DNA of 51,433 bases from Bacillota bacterium (lineage in GTDB: Bacteria; Bacillota; Dethiobacteria; DTU022; UBA8154): NCBI GenBank assembly GCA_029778075.1, contig JAKORA010000071.1, forward strand, positions 1 to 51,433, given 5' to 3'. Shown here in pieces: positions 27,851-36,439 of the stretch. The notes beneath the pieces were generated by a model. That model did no database searches. It worked only from the letters and a program-made list of their open reading frames with translations, and had not been told where the DNA came from. The translations under genes were made by a program, and so were the position numbers. Every line of letters begins with the position of its first letter. The first letter of the stretch is position 1.

Positions 27851-29239
27851 ATGCAGGACGTACGCACATTTATTAAAGACGTAGAAAGAGAAACACCAAA
27901 AGAACTTATTCGCTTCCGTGAAGAAGTGGACCCATATTATGAAATAACGGCAATTGTCAGAAAATTTGACCTTGCCGGGCACCAGCCTCTGATTATTTTT
28001 GAAAATGTAAAAGGCCATGAATACCCTGTAGTGTGTAACCTGGAGGCGGGAATCCCCAGGCTGGCCCTGGCCATGAAAGTGTCACCCGACCAAGTTTACG
28101 ACAGATACCGGGAAATAGAAGACGGTGTTTTAAGCGGAAAGATCAACTATCCTCCCCGGGAGATAGCGCCGGAGGATAGCCCTGTCAAAGAAGTCATCAT
28201 CCCACGTTCCGAAGTTGATCTGTATAAGTTCCCCGTGGTAACCCATCACGTGGGAGAGGCCCCTTACATTACCCGCGCTGTTGGAGTAGTCAGAGATCCT
28301 GTGGAGGGCTATCTTCATGCCGGCTGTTATCGCCTGATGGTCAAGAGCAAGGACCATCTGGTTACGCATATTACCCCCGGCAAGCACCTGTGGTATATCT
28401 ATAAAAAAGCGGAAGAGATGGGAAAGCCGCTGCCTATTGCTTTCTTCCTGGGGAGTCATCCCCTCTGGAGCCTTGGAGGCCAGTCGCACATTGCCCATCC
28501 ACCCACGGAGTACGATGTTATCGGCGGCCTTCTGGGCGAGCCCCTGGAAGTGGTCCGTTGCGAGAACAGCGACCTTTTAGTGCCGGCCCGGGCAGAGATG
28601 ATTATTGAAGGTGAGCTTCGCCCCCCAACGCTGGAGCAGGAAGGGCCCTGGAGAGATTTCACGCGCTACTCACAGGTAGGCCAGCGCCACCCAGTCTTTA
28701 TAACCGGTATCACGCACCGCCGGGACATGATTTTTCATGATGCAGGGTGCTGGGTACGCGGCGGGCTTATTTACAACCGCATCCCCCAGCAGGCTCATGT
28801 CTTGAGAAACCTTAAAAAGGATGTGCCCAGCGTTAAGGATTTCCGCTTTGTCTTTAACCAGTCGGCCATCTTTGGCGTTATCAGCATGAAAAAAAGGCAC
28901 ATAGGGGAACCCAAACTGGCAATTTTATCGGCCTTTGCCAGCGAACTGTACCTGAAATATGTTATTGTTGTGGACGATGATATCGACCTGGATAATGAAG
29001 CGGATATTTTTTGGAGCCTGGCCACCCGGGTCCAGGCCGAACGCGATTTCTTAATCATTCCCGGTTCCCTGGGAACCGATCTGGATATCTCTGCCCTCGA
29101 AGAAGCCGTTGTTACCAAGGTGGGCATTGATGCTACGGCCAAGCCGTTCCGTGATCAACTGCCGCCGGAGGGCGAGGTATCCGCTGAACATCTGGAGAAA
29201 GTTGATATAGCAAAGTACCTCGCCCAGCTGAATGGTTAA
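27851..29239 (+). CDS. UbiD-family (prFMN-dependent) decarboxylase
   Basis: 462 aa. N-terminus DVRTFIKDVERETPKELIRFREEVDPYYEITAIVRKF...PLIIFENVKGHEYPVVCNL follows the UbiD-family pattern. ATG follows TTGGAGGA. Confidence 0.8.
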   Translation: MQDVRTFIKDVERETPKELIRFREEVDPYYEITAIVRKFDLAGHQPLIIFENVKGHEYPVVCNLEAGIPRLALAMKVSPDQVYDRYREIEDGVLSGKINYPPREIAPEDSPVKEVIIPRSEVDLYKFPVVTHHVGEAPYITRAVGVVRDPVEGYLHAGCYRLMVKSKDHLVTHITPGKHLWYIYKKAEEMGKPLPIAFFLGSHPLWSLGGQSHIAHPPTEYDVIGGLLGEPLEVVRCENSDLLVPARAEMIIEGELRPPTLEQEGPWRDFTRYSQVGQRHPVFITGITHRRDMIFHDAGCWVRGGLIYNRIPQQAHVLRNLKKDVPSVKDFRFVFNQSAIFGVISMKKRHIGEPKLAILSAFASELYLKYVIVVDDDIDLDNEADIFWSLATRVQAERDFLIIPGSLGTDLDISALEEAVVTKVGIDATAKPFRDQLPPEGEVSAEHLEKVDIAKYLAQLNG

Positions 29240-29320
29240 AAGGGAAACGGGAGGCGAGAAAAACAAAGAGGGAGCAACAGGGAGCGGAACCAAAAATATG
29301 TGGGGGTGGCAAAATTAAGC

Positions 29321-30466
29321 ATGAAACCATTCTCATTCAGCGTCAAAGGTGAAGTTAATTTTGGAGCCGGCAGCTTGAACGAGCTTCCCGCCAAAATTAG
29401 CGCCAGAAACCTCAAAAAGGTCCTGCTTGTTTCGGATCCATATTTAGAAAAAATAGGTCTGGTCAAGAAGGCAGGAGATCTATTAGCCGAAAAAGAAATC
29501 GCATACATTACTTTTACAGAGGTTGAAGCCAACCCGTCTGCGGAAACAGTGGCCAGGGGCGCGAGCATATTCGTGGAAAACAACGTTGACGGCATCGTTT
29601 GTCTGGGAGGCGGCAGTCCAATAGATGTCGCCAAGGCCGTTGCAGTAGTGGGGACCAATGGTGGAAAAATTGAAGATTATGCAGGATTCAACAGGGTTGG
29701 AAAGCCGGTGGCTCCTATTATTGCTGTTCCTACCACTGCCGGTACCGGCAGCGAAGTGACCTCTGTGGCCGTAATTAAAAACAGCGATAACTTTAAAATG
29801 CCGATAGGCAGTGATAAAATCCTGCCGGAATGCGTTCTTCTGGATCCTCTGTTAATAACAACGCTGCCGTCTTCTGTCGCCGCTGCTACGGGGATGGATG
29901 CTTTAACTCATGCCGTAGAAGCGTATCTGTCTCTGGAGGCCACACCCTTTTCAGACATTATCGCTGAAAAAGCAATATCGTTGATTGGCGCAAATATTCG
30001 ACTGTTTGTTGCCAACAGGACGAACCTGGAGGCCGCATCGGCCATGCTGCTCGGCAGCACATTTGCCGGCATGGCTTTTGCGCTGTCCAGGCTGGGCAAC
30101 GTTCATGCTTTATCTCATCCCCTGAGCGGACATTTTGGTGTTCCTCACGGTGTTGCCAATGCACTGCTTTTCCCGGTGGTTCTGGAGTTTAATGCTCTGG
30201 CCGATAGCGGTAAATATGAAAAGATCTACAGGCTTATTACCGGAGAAAAAGCTTGTCCTGGAAATTTCCAACCGAAAATGCTGGTTGATGAGATAAGGCG
30301 GCTTAATGCAGAGATCGGATTGCCGCAGAAGCTCTCTGCATTGGGTATTACGGAGGGCTCTTTGTCCCTACTGGTTCCGGATGCGATGAAGAGCAATTTA
30401 CTATTATATAACCCACGGCAAACTACACAGAAAGATGTGGAGCAACTTTACCTTAATGCCATGTAG
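29321..30466 (+). CDS. Iron-containing (group III) alcohol dehydrogenase
   Basis: GGGSPIDVAKAVA, AVPTTAGTGSEVT and the His-rich metal site (HAVEAYLS, HALSHPLSGHFGVPHG). The start is ATG 29321 or GTG 29300. Confidence 0.85.
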   Translation: MKPFSFSVKGEVNFGAGSLNELPAKISARNLKKVLLVSDPYLEKIGLVKKAGDLLAEKEIAYITFTEVEANPSAETVARGASIFVENNVDGIVCLGGGSPIDVAKAVAVVGTNGGKIEDYAGFNRVGKPVAPIIAVPTTAGTGSEVTSVAVIKNSDNFKMPIGSDKILPECVLLDPLLITTLPSSVAAATGMDALTHAVEAYLSLEATPFSDIIAEKAISLIGANIRLFVANRTNLEAASAMLLGSTFAGMAFALSRLGNVHALSHPLSGHFGVPHGVANALLFPVVLEFNALADSGKYEKIYRLITGEKACPGNFQPKMLVDEIRRLNAEIGLPQKLSALGITEGSLSLLVPDAMKSNLLLYNPRQTTQKDVEQLYLNAM

Positions 30467-30667
30467 ACGGCACCTGGTGATGTGGTAAACTATCTTGCAC
30501 ATATTTGTCGGACAAGCCTCGCAATATAATATTATGGAAAGAAGGTGAAAAGTAATTTATAGCTACCGGTGTGACAGTAAGTATTGTTGAATATGAGGGG
30601 AAGAATAAACAAAGCTTAGAAAAGGGAGATTTTAAGACAAAATTTTCTTTGGAGAGGAAGGATAGCG

Positions 30668-31735
30668 ATGAAAAGTAAGTTTTTATGTCTGGCTGTATGC
30701 TTAATCCTGATCATGGTTTCGCTGGCAGGTTGCAGCAAAGCACCGGCAACGCCGGAAGGTCAGTCGGAGGGCCAGGCGGAAACTCAGCCGGAAGGACAGC
30801 CGGAAGAGACCTTTGTCATGAGAATCGCCGCCAATTTGCCCAAAGGCAGTTACGAAGTCGATATTCATGAGGAGTTCAAAAGGTGCCTGGAGGAAAAAAC
30901 AGGTTCCAGAATAAAGGTTGAAATTTACCCTGCCGGCCAGTTGGGAGCGCCCCCGGCAGTAATCGAAGGGATCCAATCGGGAACGATACAGTCTTATCTG
31001 GCCCCCATAGCATTTTTAAGCGGAGTGGCGCCCGGGACGCAGATTCTGGACCTCCCCGGTTTTTTTGAGACTACCGAGCAGGCTTATGACATCTTAAATA
31101 ACACGGACGCAGCAAAGACACTCGACGAAGATATGGCTAAAAGAGGTTTTACTCCCCTGGGTTACCTGGTAATGGACTATCGTTCTATTATTGCCCCCTT
31201 CCCTGTGGAGAGTTTGAACGATCTTAAAGGAAAGAGATTCAGGGTGATGACCACACCTCCCCAACAGCTCGAATTTGAAGCTTTTGGAGGCAGCGGCGTC
31301 CCCGTTGACCCCGGTGAAACTTATACCGCCCTTCAGCAGGGAATGGTGGACGGTGTCTGCAGCGGCGTCCATTTCTTCTACTCTATGAAACTTCATGAAG
31401 TTGGAAAGTACTACAGCAATACAAGACATGCGGCCTTTGTGAGCCCCTTAATTGTGAGCACTTCCTGGTTGGACAGCCTGCCCGATGACCTGCGGGAAGC
31501 TGTGGTTGACACAGCCAAGGAAGTCATGCCCTGGGGTTACGAACTAACGAAGGAGTATGAAGGAAGAGCGCTGAACGCGATGATCGATGAAGGCTTAATC
31601 GTAGTTGAGGCGTCTCCCGAGTTTCTCGAAGAAATATGGGAAGCAAGCAAGGTGGTACACGATAAAATTCTTGCAGACAACCCTGAATGGGAGCAGCTGT
31701 ACAACGACATTAAAGCGGAAATAGAGAAACGCTAA
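30668..31735 (+). CDS. dctP: TRAP transporter substrate-binding lipoprotein (DctP family)
   Basis: Lipobox LAGCS, a Glu/Gln/Pro-rich linker, then a DctP-like fold. TRAP Q and M genes follow. Confidence 0.8.
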   Translation: MKSKFLCLAVCLILIMVSLAGCSKAPATPEGQSEGQAETQPEGQPEETFVMRIAANLPKGSYEVDIHEEFKRCLEEKTGSRIKVEIYPAGQLGAPPAVIEGIQSGTIQSYLAPIAFLSGVAPGTQILDLPGFFETTEQAYDILNNTDAAKTLDEDMAKRGFTPLGYLVMDYRSIIAPFPVESLNDLKGKRFRVMTTPPQQLEFEAFGGSGVPVDPGETYTALQQGMVDGVCSGVHFFYSMKLHEVGKYYSNTRHAAFVSPLIVSTSWLDSLPDDLREAVVDTAKEVMPWGYELTKEYEGRALNAMIDEGLIVVEASPEFLEEIWEASKVVHDKILADNPEWEQLYNDIKAEIEKR

Positions 31736-31838
31736 GCGGTAGTAAGGAACGCAAGCACTTACTGCTGGCTCAAAAAATGTTACGGATAAAAACAAAGCTT
31801 GCAAACAAACTCGTGCCGCGGCCTTGAGCGCTCAGCTC

Positions 31839-31880
31839 CCGGGTCAACCGCCACCGCAAGGTCGGTGGCGGTTGACCCGG
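31839..31880 (+). other. Perfect 18-bp GC-rich stem-loop between dctP and dctQ
   Basis: CCGGGTCAACCGCCACCG (31839-31856) is the exact reverse complement of CGGTGGCGGTTGACCCGG (31863-31880), with loop CAAGGT. No T-run follows. Confidence 0.7.
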
Positions 31881-31914
31881 TTATTCCCGGCCGGGAGGAA
31901 AGGGGGTAAAAAGA

Positions 31915-32421
31915 ATGAGGATTTTTAAGTTTCTTCTTCCCTTTGCCAGATTGTCGTATAGCATCTCCATCGCCTGCCTGTGTTTGTATACAACTCTTGC
32001 CTTTATTAATGTTATCGCACGTTACTTTTTTTTGAAACCATATCCCTGGACCGAAGAGATTACCACCCTGCTTTTTGTACTGGGAGTTTTTCTAAACCAG
32101 GTAATTTTAGAGATCTTTGACAGGCAACTAAGCGTTTCCTTTATCATGTCCAGGATTAAAAACGAAACTGCACTAAAGATCATCTATATTTTAAAACGAG
32201 TATTAGTAATCGGGATGTGGCTTTTATTGATAAAGGAAGCGGTTCCGGTGATCCAACGGAACTACCTTTTTGAAACCGCGTCTGTGATCTTAAGAATTCC
32301 GATGTGGCCGTTATATACAATTGTCACAGTAGTGATGGCAAGCGTTGTCTTGATTAACCTGGAAAAAATTCTAGTGCAGCTGCTTCCCCCAAAAGATCAC
32401 GCCGGCAATATTTCCGTTTAA
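31915..32421 (+). CDS. dctQ: TRAP transporter small permease (DctQ family)
   Basis: 168 aa, four TM helices, located between the SBP and large-permease genes. Confidence 0.8.
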   Translation: MRIFKFLLPFARLSYSISIACLCLYTTLAFINVIARYFFLKPYPWTEEITTLLFVLGVFLNQVILEIFDRQLSVSFIMSRIKNETALKIIYILKRVLVIGMWLLLIKEAVPVIQRNYLFETASVILRIPMWPLYTIVTVVMASVVLINLEKILVQLLPPKDHAGNISV

Positions 32422-32462
32422 GGGGGTAGAATATCGAAAAAAGCGATTGGAGGTTTTAGCCT

Positions 32463-33728
32463 GTGGAAGAAATCATTTTTCTGCTCATTATTCCCATCGC
32501 AATCATGCTTATTCTTTTAATGCTGGATTTCCCCATTTATCTTGCCATTCTGGGCCCCACGATTTACCTGCAAGTTTTTGTCAATGATATAACGCTCCAG
32601 AAAACATTCGTAACAATGGTTATGGGTATAATGAAACCGAGTATTCTGGCCGTTCCGTTTTTTGTTGTTGCCGGCAACCTGATCAGTGCAAGCGGCATTG
32701 GCGAACGGCTGATAAACTTTATCATGCCCAAGCTTAGAGCTATCAGGGGAGGGGTACCGCTTTCAAGTATTCTGGCCAATGCCTTCTTTGGGGCAATTTC
32801 GGGATCAGCCCCGGCAGCCGTAGCCACTATCGGGAAGCTTACCTTTAAACCCCTGGTAAAATATTCAGGAGAACAAATGGCGCTGGGTGTTACTACCTCC
32901 TCCGGCTGCATCGCCACCATTATCCCACCGAGCATCTCGCTGATCTTTTTCGGCATCGCCACGGAAACATCTATAGGTCAGCTATTTATGGCCGGCTTTA
33001 TTCCCGGTTTGGTAATGGTTGCCATCGTTGGCGCATATGTAATTGTCGCGACCAAATCCAGGCCTGTTTACGACGAGCAAATAACAAAAGAAGGCTTTCT
33101 GAAGATATTGCCTGTTTTACTTATGCCGGTAGTTGTGCTGGGTGGTATTTACGGCGGCTTCTTTACACCGGTGGAAGCCGGAGCAGTTTCCGCAGCCTAT
33201 GCTTTGGTTGCTGCGATCTTTTACCGCGAACTGACCTGGGATAAATTAAAGTTCTGCCTTAGAGAAAGCACGGACACAGTCGGCCGGCTTTTCATCCTGG
33301 TAGCCTGCAGCCTTGCTTTTGCCGAAGCTTTAACCTTATCGGGTATTACTGCACTTATTAATGACTTAATTGGCGGCTTGCCTGTAATTATCTTTTTGAT
33401 ACTATTGAATATAGTTTTGCTTGTTGCCGGGTTTTTCTTTGAGCCGGGCTCCATTGTCCTGATTCTTGCGCCCATCTTTTTCCCTGTTGCTGTGAACATG
33501 GGTATCCATCCCCTGCACCTGGGGATAATTTTTGCGGTTAATGTTGCCATCGGGATGTTTACGCCTCCCTTTGGCCTTAATATTTTTGTTGTGCAGGGAG
33601 TCCTGGAGCAGCCTTTTGAGAAGATCTCGCGTGCCGTAGTGCCATTTATAGTCGTATATCTTGTCTGTCTGATGATCATTACTTTTGTTCCTACTGTTTC
33701 CTTGTGGCTCCCCAGCATACTCAGGTAG
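32463..33728 (+). CDS. dctM: TRAP transporter large permease (DctM family)
   Basis: 421 aa polytopic membrane protein with DctM-like segments (ANAFFGAISGSAPAAVATIG, PPFGLNIFVV). Confidence 0.9.
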   Translation: MEEIIFLLIIPIAIMLILLMLDFPIYLAILGPTIYLQVFVNDITLQKTFVTMVMGIMKPSILAVPFFVVAGNLISASGIGERLINFIMPKLRAIRGGVPLSSILANAFFGAISGSAPAAVATIGKLTFKPLVKYSGEQMALGVTTSSGCIATIIPPSISLIFFGIATETSIGQLFMAGFIPGLVMVAIVGAYVIVATKSRPVYDEQITKEGFLKILPVLLMPVVVLGGIYGGFFTPVEAGAVSAAYALVAAIFYRELTWDKLKFCLRESTDTVGRLFILVACSLAFAEALTLSGITALINDLIGGLPVIIFLILLNIVLLVAGFFFEPGSIVLILAPIFFPVAVNMGIHPLHLGIIFAVNVAIGMFTPPFGLNIFVVQGVLEQPFEKISRAVVPFIVVYLVCLMIITFVPTVSLWLPSILR

Positions 33729-33759
33729 CGGCTTTTAAGATGATGATCGGGGTCATTTG

Positions 33760-34686
33760 TTAAATTATGGTAACAAAGGGGAAGCGTTCGGGAATTTCCG
33801 CCTGAAGAAAATCTATAAACCGTTTTACAGCAGTGCTAAGATGCGCTCCTTTTCGAAAAAGCAGATAAACATCCATGGTAGGCAGTTTTATATTATCGCC
33901 AAAGGAGAGCTCAACAATATATCCTCTTTCCAACGCTTTTTGCGCGGCGCTCTGTAGGAGCAGGCTAATCCCGCCGCCCTCTTCGACAATTTTTAAGACA
34001 ATTTCGGGTTCTTCCACTTGGGCGACGATCCGTAAATTGTGAAAACCGATGGCCGCAAAACCGTTAAATACAAAACGGTTATAGTCCGATCCCGACAGGC
34101 CGCTCAGTAACCCGTATTTATCCAGGTCTTCTTTTTGGACAAATTTTTGGGAAGCGACAGGGTGGTCCGGGCTACAAACCATTATTAAGGGCTCGCGATA
34201 AAAAGGTCGAAATTCAATTTGTGGGTTATCGGTAAATAACGATAATCCAAAATCTGCTTCCCCGTTCAGGACAAGGTTTTGAATTCGAGCGCTATTACCC
34301 GTCCGCAGGACAAAGCTAATCTCCGGATATTTTTTTCTAAAAGCCGCCAGCATGGAGGGAATGATAAATTTGCCAACGCTAAAGGCGAGCTTAATTTGTC
34401 CCAGTTTTCCGCTGCGCAACTCTGTGGCCGCTTTGTGGAGTTCTTCATTTTTGGCCAGAATTTCCAGGGCATAAGCATAGACAACCCGCCCGGCGTCCGT
34501 CAATTGGAGCTTACGTCCATAGGGCCTCTCGAATAATTCCACTTCCAAATCACGTTCAAGACGGTGTATATGCGCGCTGACGGCCGGTTGGGAAATATTT
34601 AGCTGCTGTGCTGCGGCGCGAAAAGTTCCGGCCTCTATGGCCACTTTTAAGACATACAATCCCATTTGTGACAGGTGTTTAAGCAT
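33760..34686 (-). CDS. LysR-family transcriptional regulator
   Basis: N-terminal wHTH (FRAAAQQLNISQPAVSAHIHRLERDLEVELFER) plus a substrate-binding domain. It is divergent from the rhodanese gene and convergent with dctM. Confidence 0.9.
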   Translation of the reverse strand: MLKHLSQMGLYVLKVAIEAGTFRAAAQQLNISQPAVSAHIHRLERDLEVELFERPYGRKLQLTDAGRVVYAYALEILAKNEELHKAATELRSGKLGQIKLAFSVGKFIIPSMLAAFRKKYPEISFVLRTGNSARIQNLVLNGEADFGLSLFTDNPQIEFRPFYREPLIMVCSPDHPVASQKFVQKEDLDKYGLLSGLSGSDYNRFVFNGFAAIGFHNLRIVAQVEEPEIVLKIVEEGGGISLLLQSAAQKALERGYIVELSFGDNIKLPTMDVYLLFRKGAHLSTAVKRFIDFLQAEIPERFPFVTII

Positions 34687-34816
34687 TTCCCTTAAATCTC
34701 CGCAAGTAACTTTAAGATCTTTAAGATTATTATAGTATAAACTACACCGGTATCATTATTATAACATAAAGTATCTCTAGCTAGCTATAGACTGTGTTTC
34801 ACCAGTTGTATTTAAT

Positions 34817-34847
34817 AATTGCGACATATATAAAGATTTGCGCAATT
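34817..34847. promoter_or_regulatory. Inverted repeat in the LysR/rhodanese divergent intergenic region (candidate operator)
   Basis: AATTGCG (34817-34823) and CGCAATT (34841-34847) are separated by 17 AT-rich nt. Confidence 0.3.
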
Positions 34848-34927
34848 CACCAAATTATTATATAATAGTTAAAAAAAAGAAAGGCGGTGAAGATATGTAA
34901 AACTTATTTTAAAGGAAGGTTAGCGGT

Positions 34928-36262
34928 ATGTATTCCAAACTAAGTATCAGTGAGGAGGTAGCTGGCTTGAGAGTAAAAGCAAGGGCTTTTGTGGTTGTGT
35001 TAGCCGCTTTGTTATTGGTTTTCCCCGCGGCAGCCGCCGCCTCTGTAAGTGTTTCTATCGATGGTGAGGTATACGAGTTCGACCCGGCTCCGGTAATGGT
35101 TGAGGAACGCACTCTTGTTCCTATGAGAGCGCTGTTTGAAGCGCTTGGGGCCATAGTAGAGTGGGAGCCGGAAACGCGGACTGCACTAGGCAGCCGTGAC
35201 GGCATTGTGGTCCGTATTCCCATAGACAGCACCACCGCTACTGTAAACGGAGTAGAAAAGAGCTTGGATGTCCCGGCGCAGATTATCGACGGCCGCACTT
35301 TTATCCCGATGCGTTTTGTTGGTGAAGCATTTGGTGACAGGGTGCAGTGGGAGGGGGCGACCCAAACAGTGATGGTAAACCGTAGCACAGAACGTAAGAT
35401 TGCCCCACTCGTTTCCACGGAGTGGTTGGAGAATAACCTTAACCTGGACAAGCTTGTAATTCTTGATCTCAGAAGCCCGGAAGACTACGGCAAGGGGCAT
35501 ATTCCGGGAGCGGTAAATAAAATTACCGATTCATTTTTTGTCATGACAGACGATCTGATAATGGAGCTGCCTGAAGAGTCCGCATTATTAGAGACAATCG
35601 GCTCCTGTGGGATAACAGGAGACTCACTGGTTGTGCTGGTCGGCACGCTGGGGACACTCATCGATCCCCCGGTTCCCGCACCCTACGGCACCGCCCAGGT
35701 AACCAGGGTGGCTGATACACTGATCTATGCAGGAGTTAAAAATGTTGCCATACTGGACGGCGGGTATCCCAAGTGGATAGAAGAAAACAGGCCTGTAACA
35801 ACGGAAGCTCCAGAGGTGAGCGCCGTAACGTACCAGGGGTCGGTAAACAAGGGAATGTTTGTCTCCACAGAATATGTTAAGGAGAAAATCGGGGAAGCTA
35901 TTATTATCGATGCCAGAGACGCCGAGGTTTATTCTGGCGAGATCATTGAGCCATTTGCCGATAAAGCGGGACATATCCCCACTGCGAAATCCTTGCCCGC
36001 TCCCTGGATTTGGAATGACGACAGTACTCTAACTTATAAATCTATCGAGAAACTGAAACAAATGGCCTCTGAAGTAATCGGCGAAAACAAGGATAGCGAG
36101 ATTATTATATATTGCGGCGTGGGAGGCTATGCCAGCTCCTGGTGGTATGTGCTGACACAGATGCTGGGCTATGAAAATGTAAAATTTTATGACGGCTCGG
36201 CCCAGCAGTGGGTGCTAACCAATGATATGGAACTGGACGACACTGCCGGTTTAGAGGAGTAA
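34928..36262 (+). CDS. Secreted protein: copper-amine-oxidase-N-like stalk domain fused to tandem rhodanese (sulfurtransferase) domains
   Basis: Signal sequence. The block VSIDGEVYEFDPAPVMVEERTLVPMRALFEALGAIVEWE...TVNGVEKSLDVPAQIIDGRTFIPMRFVGEAFG is Cu_amine_oxidN1-like. Two rhodanese modules follow, the second with an active-site loop YCGVGGYAS. Confidence 0.7.
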   Translation: MYSKLSISEEVAGLRVKARAFVVVLAALLLVFPAAAAASVSVSIDGEVYEFDPAPVMVEERTLVPMRALFEALGAIVEWEPETRTALGSRDGIVVRIPIDSTTATVNGVEKSLDVPAQIIDGRTFIPMRFVGEAFGDRVQWEGATQTVMVNRSTERKIAPLVSTEWLENNLNLDKLVILDLRSPEDYGKGHIPGAVNKITDSFFVMTDDLIMELPEESALLETIGSCGITGDSLVVLVGTLGTLIDPPVPAPYGTAQVTRVADTLIYAGVKNVAILDGGYPKWIEENRPVTTEAPEVSAVTYQGSVNKGMFVSTEYVKEKIGEAIIIDARDAEVYSGEIIEPFADKAGHIPTAKSLPAPWIWNDDSTLTYKSIEKLKQMASEVIGENKDSEIIIYCGVGGYASSWWYVLTQMLGYENVKFYDGSAQQWVLTNDMELDDTAGLEE

Positions 36263-36439
36263 AGCGGAGAGGAGCAGGGTAAAAAATAAACAGTGAAAGC
36301 TGGCTATACATGTGTCAAGATGGTAGAACCAGAGCGTTCTGCCATCTTTGTTAAGGGGTACATTTGTTCAAAAAAAACAAATTACGAGAAAATTTAAATG
36401 CCTTTGCCGTAAAAAATGTGGGAAAGAAGGGTGAACATT

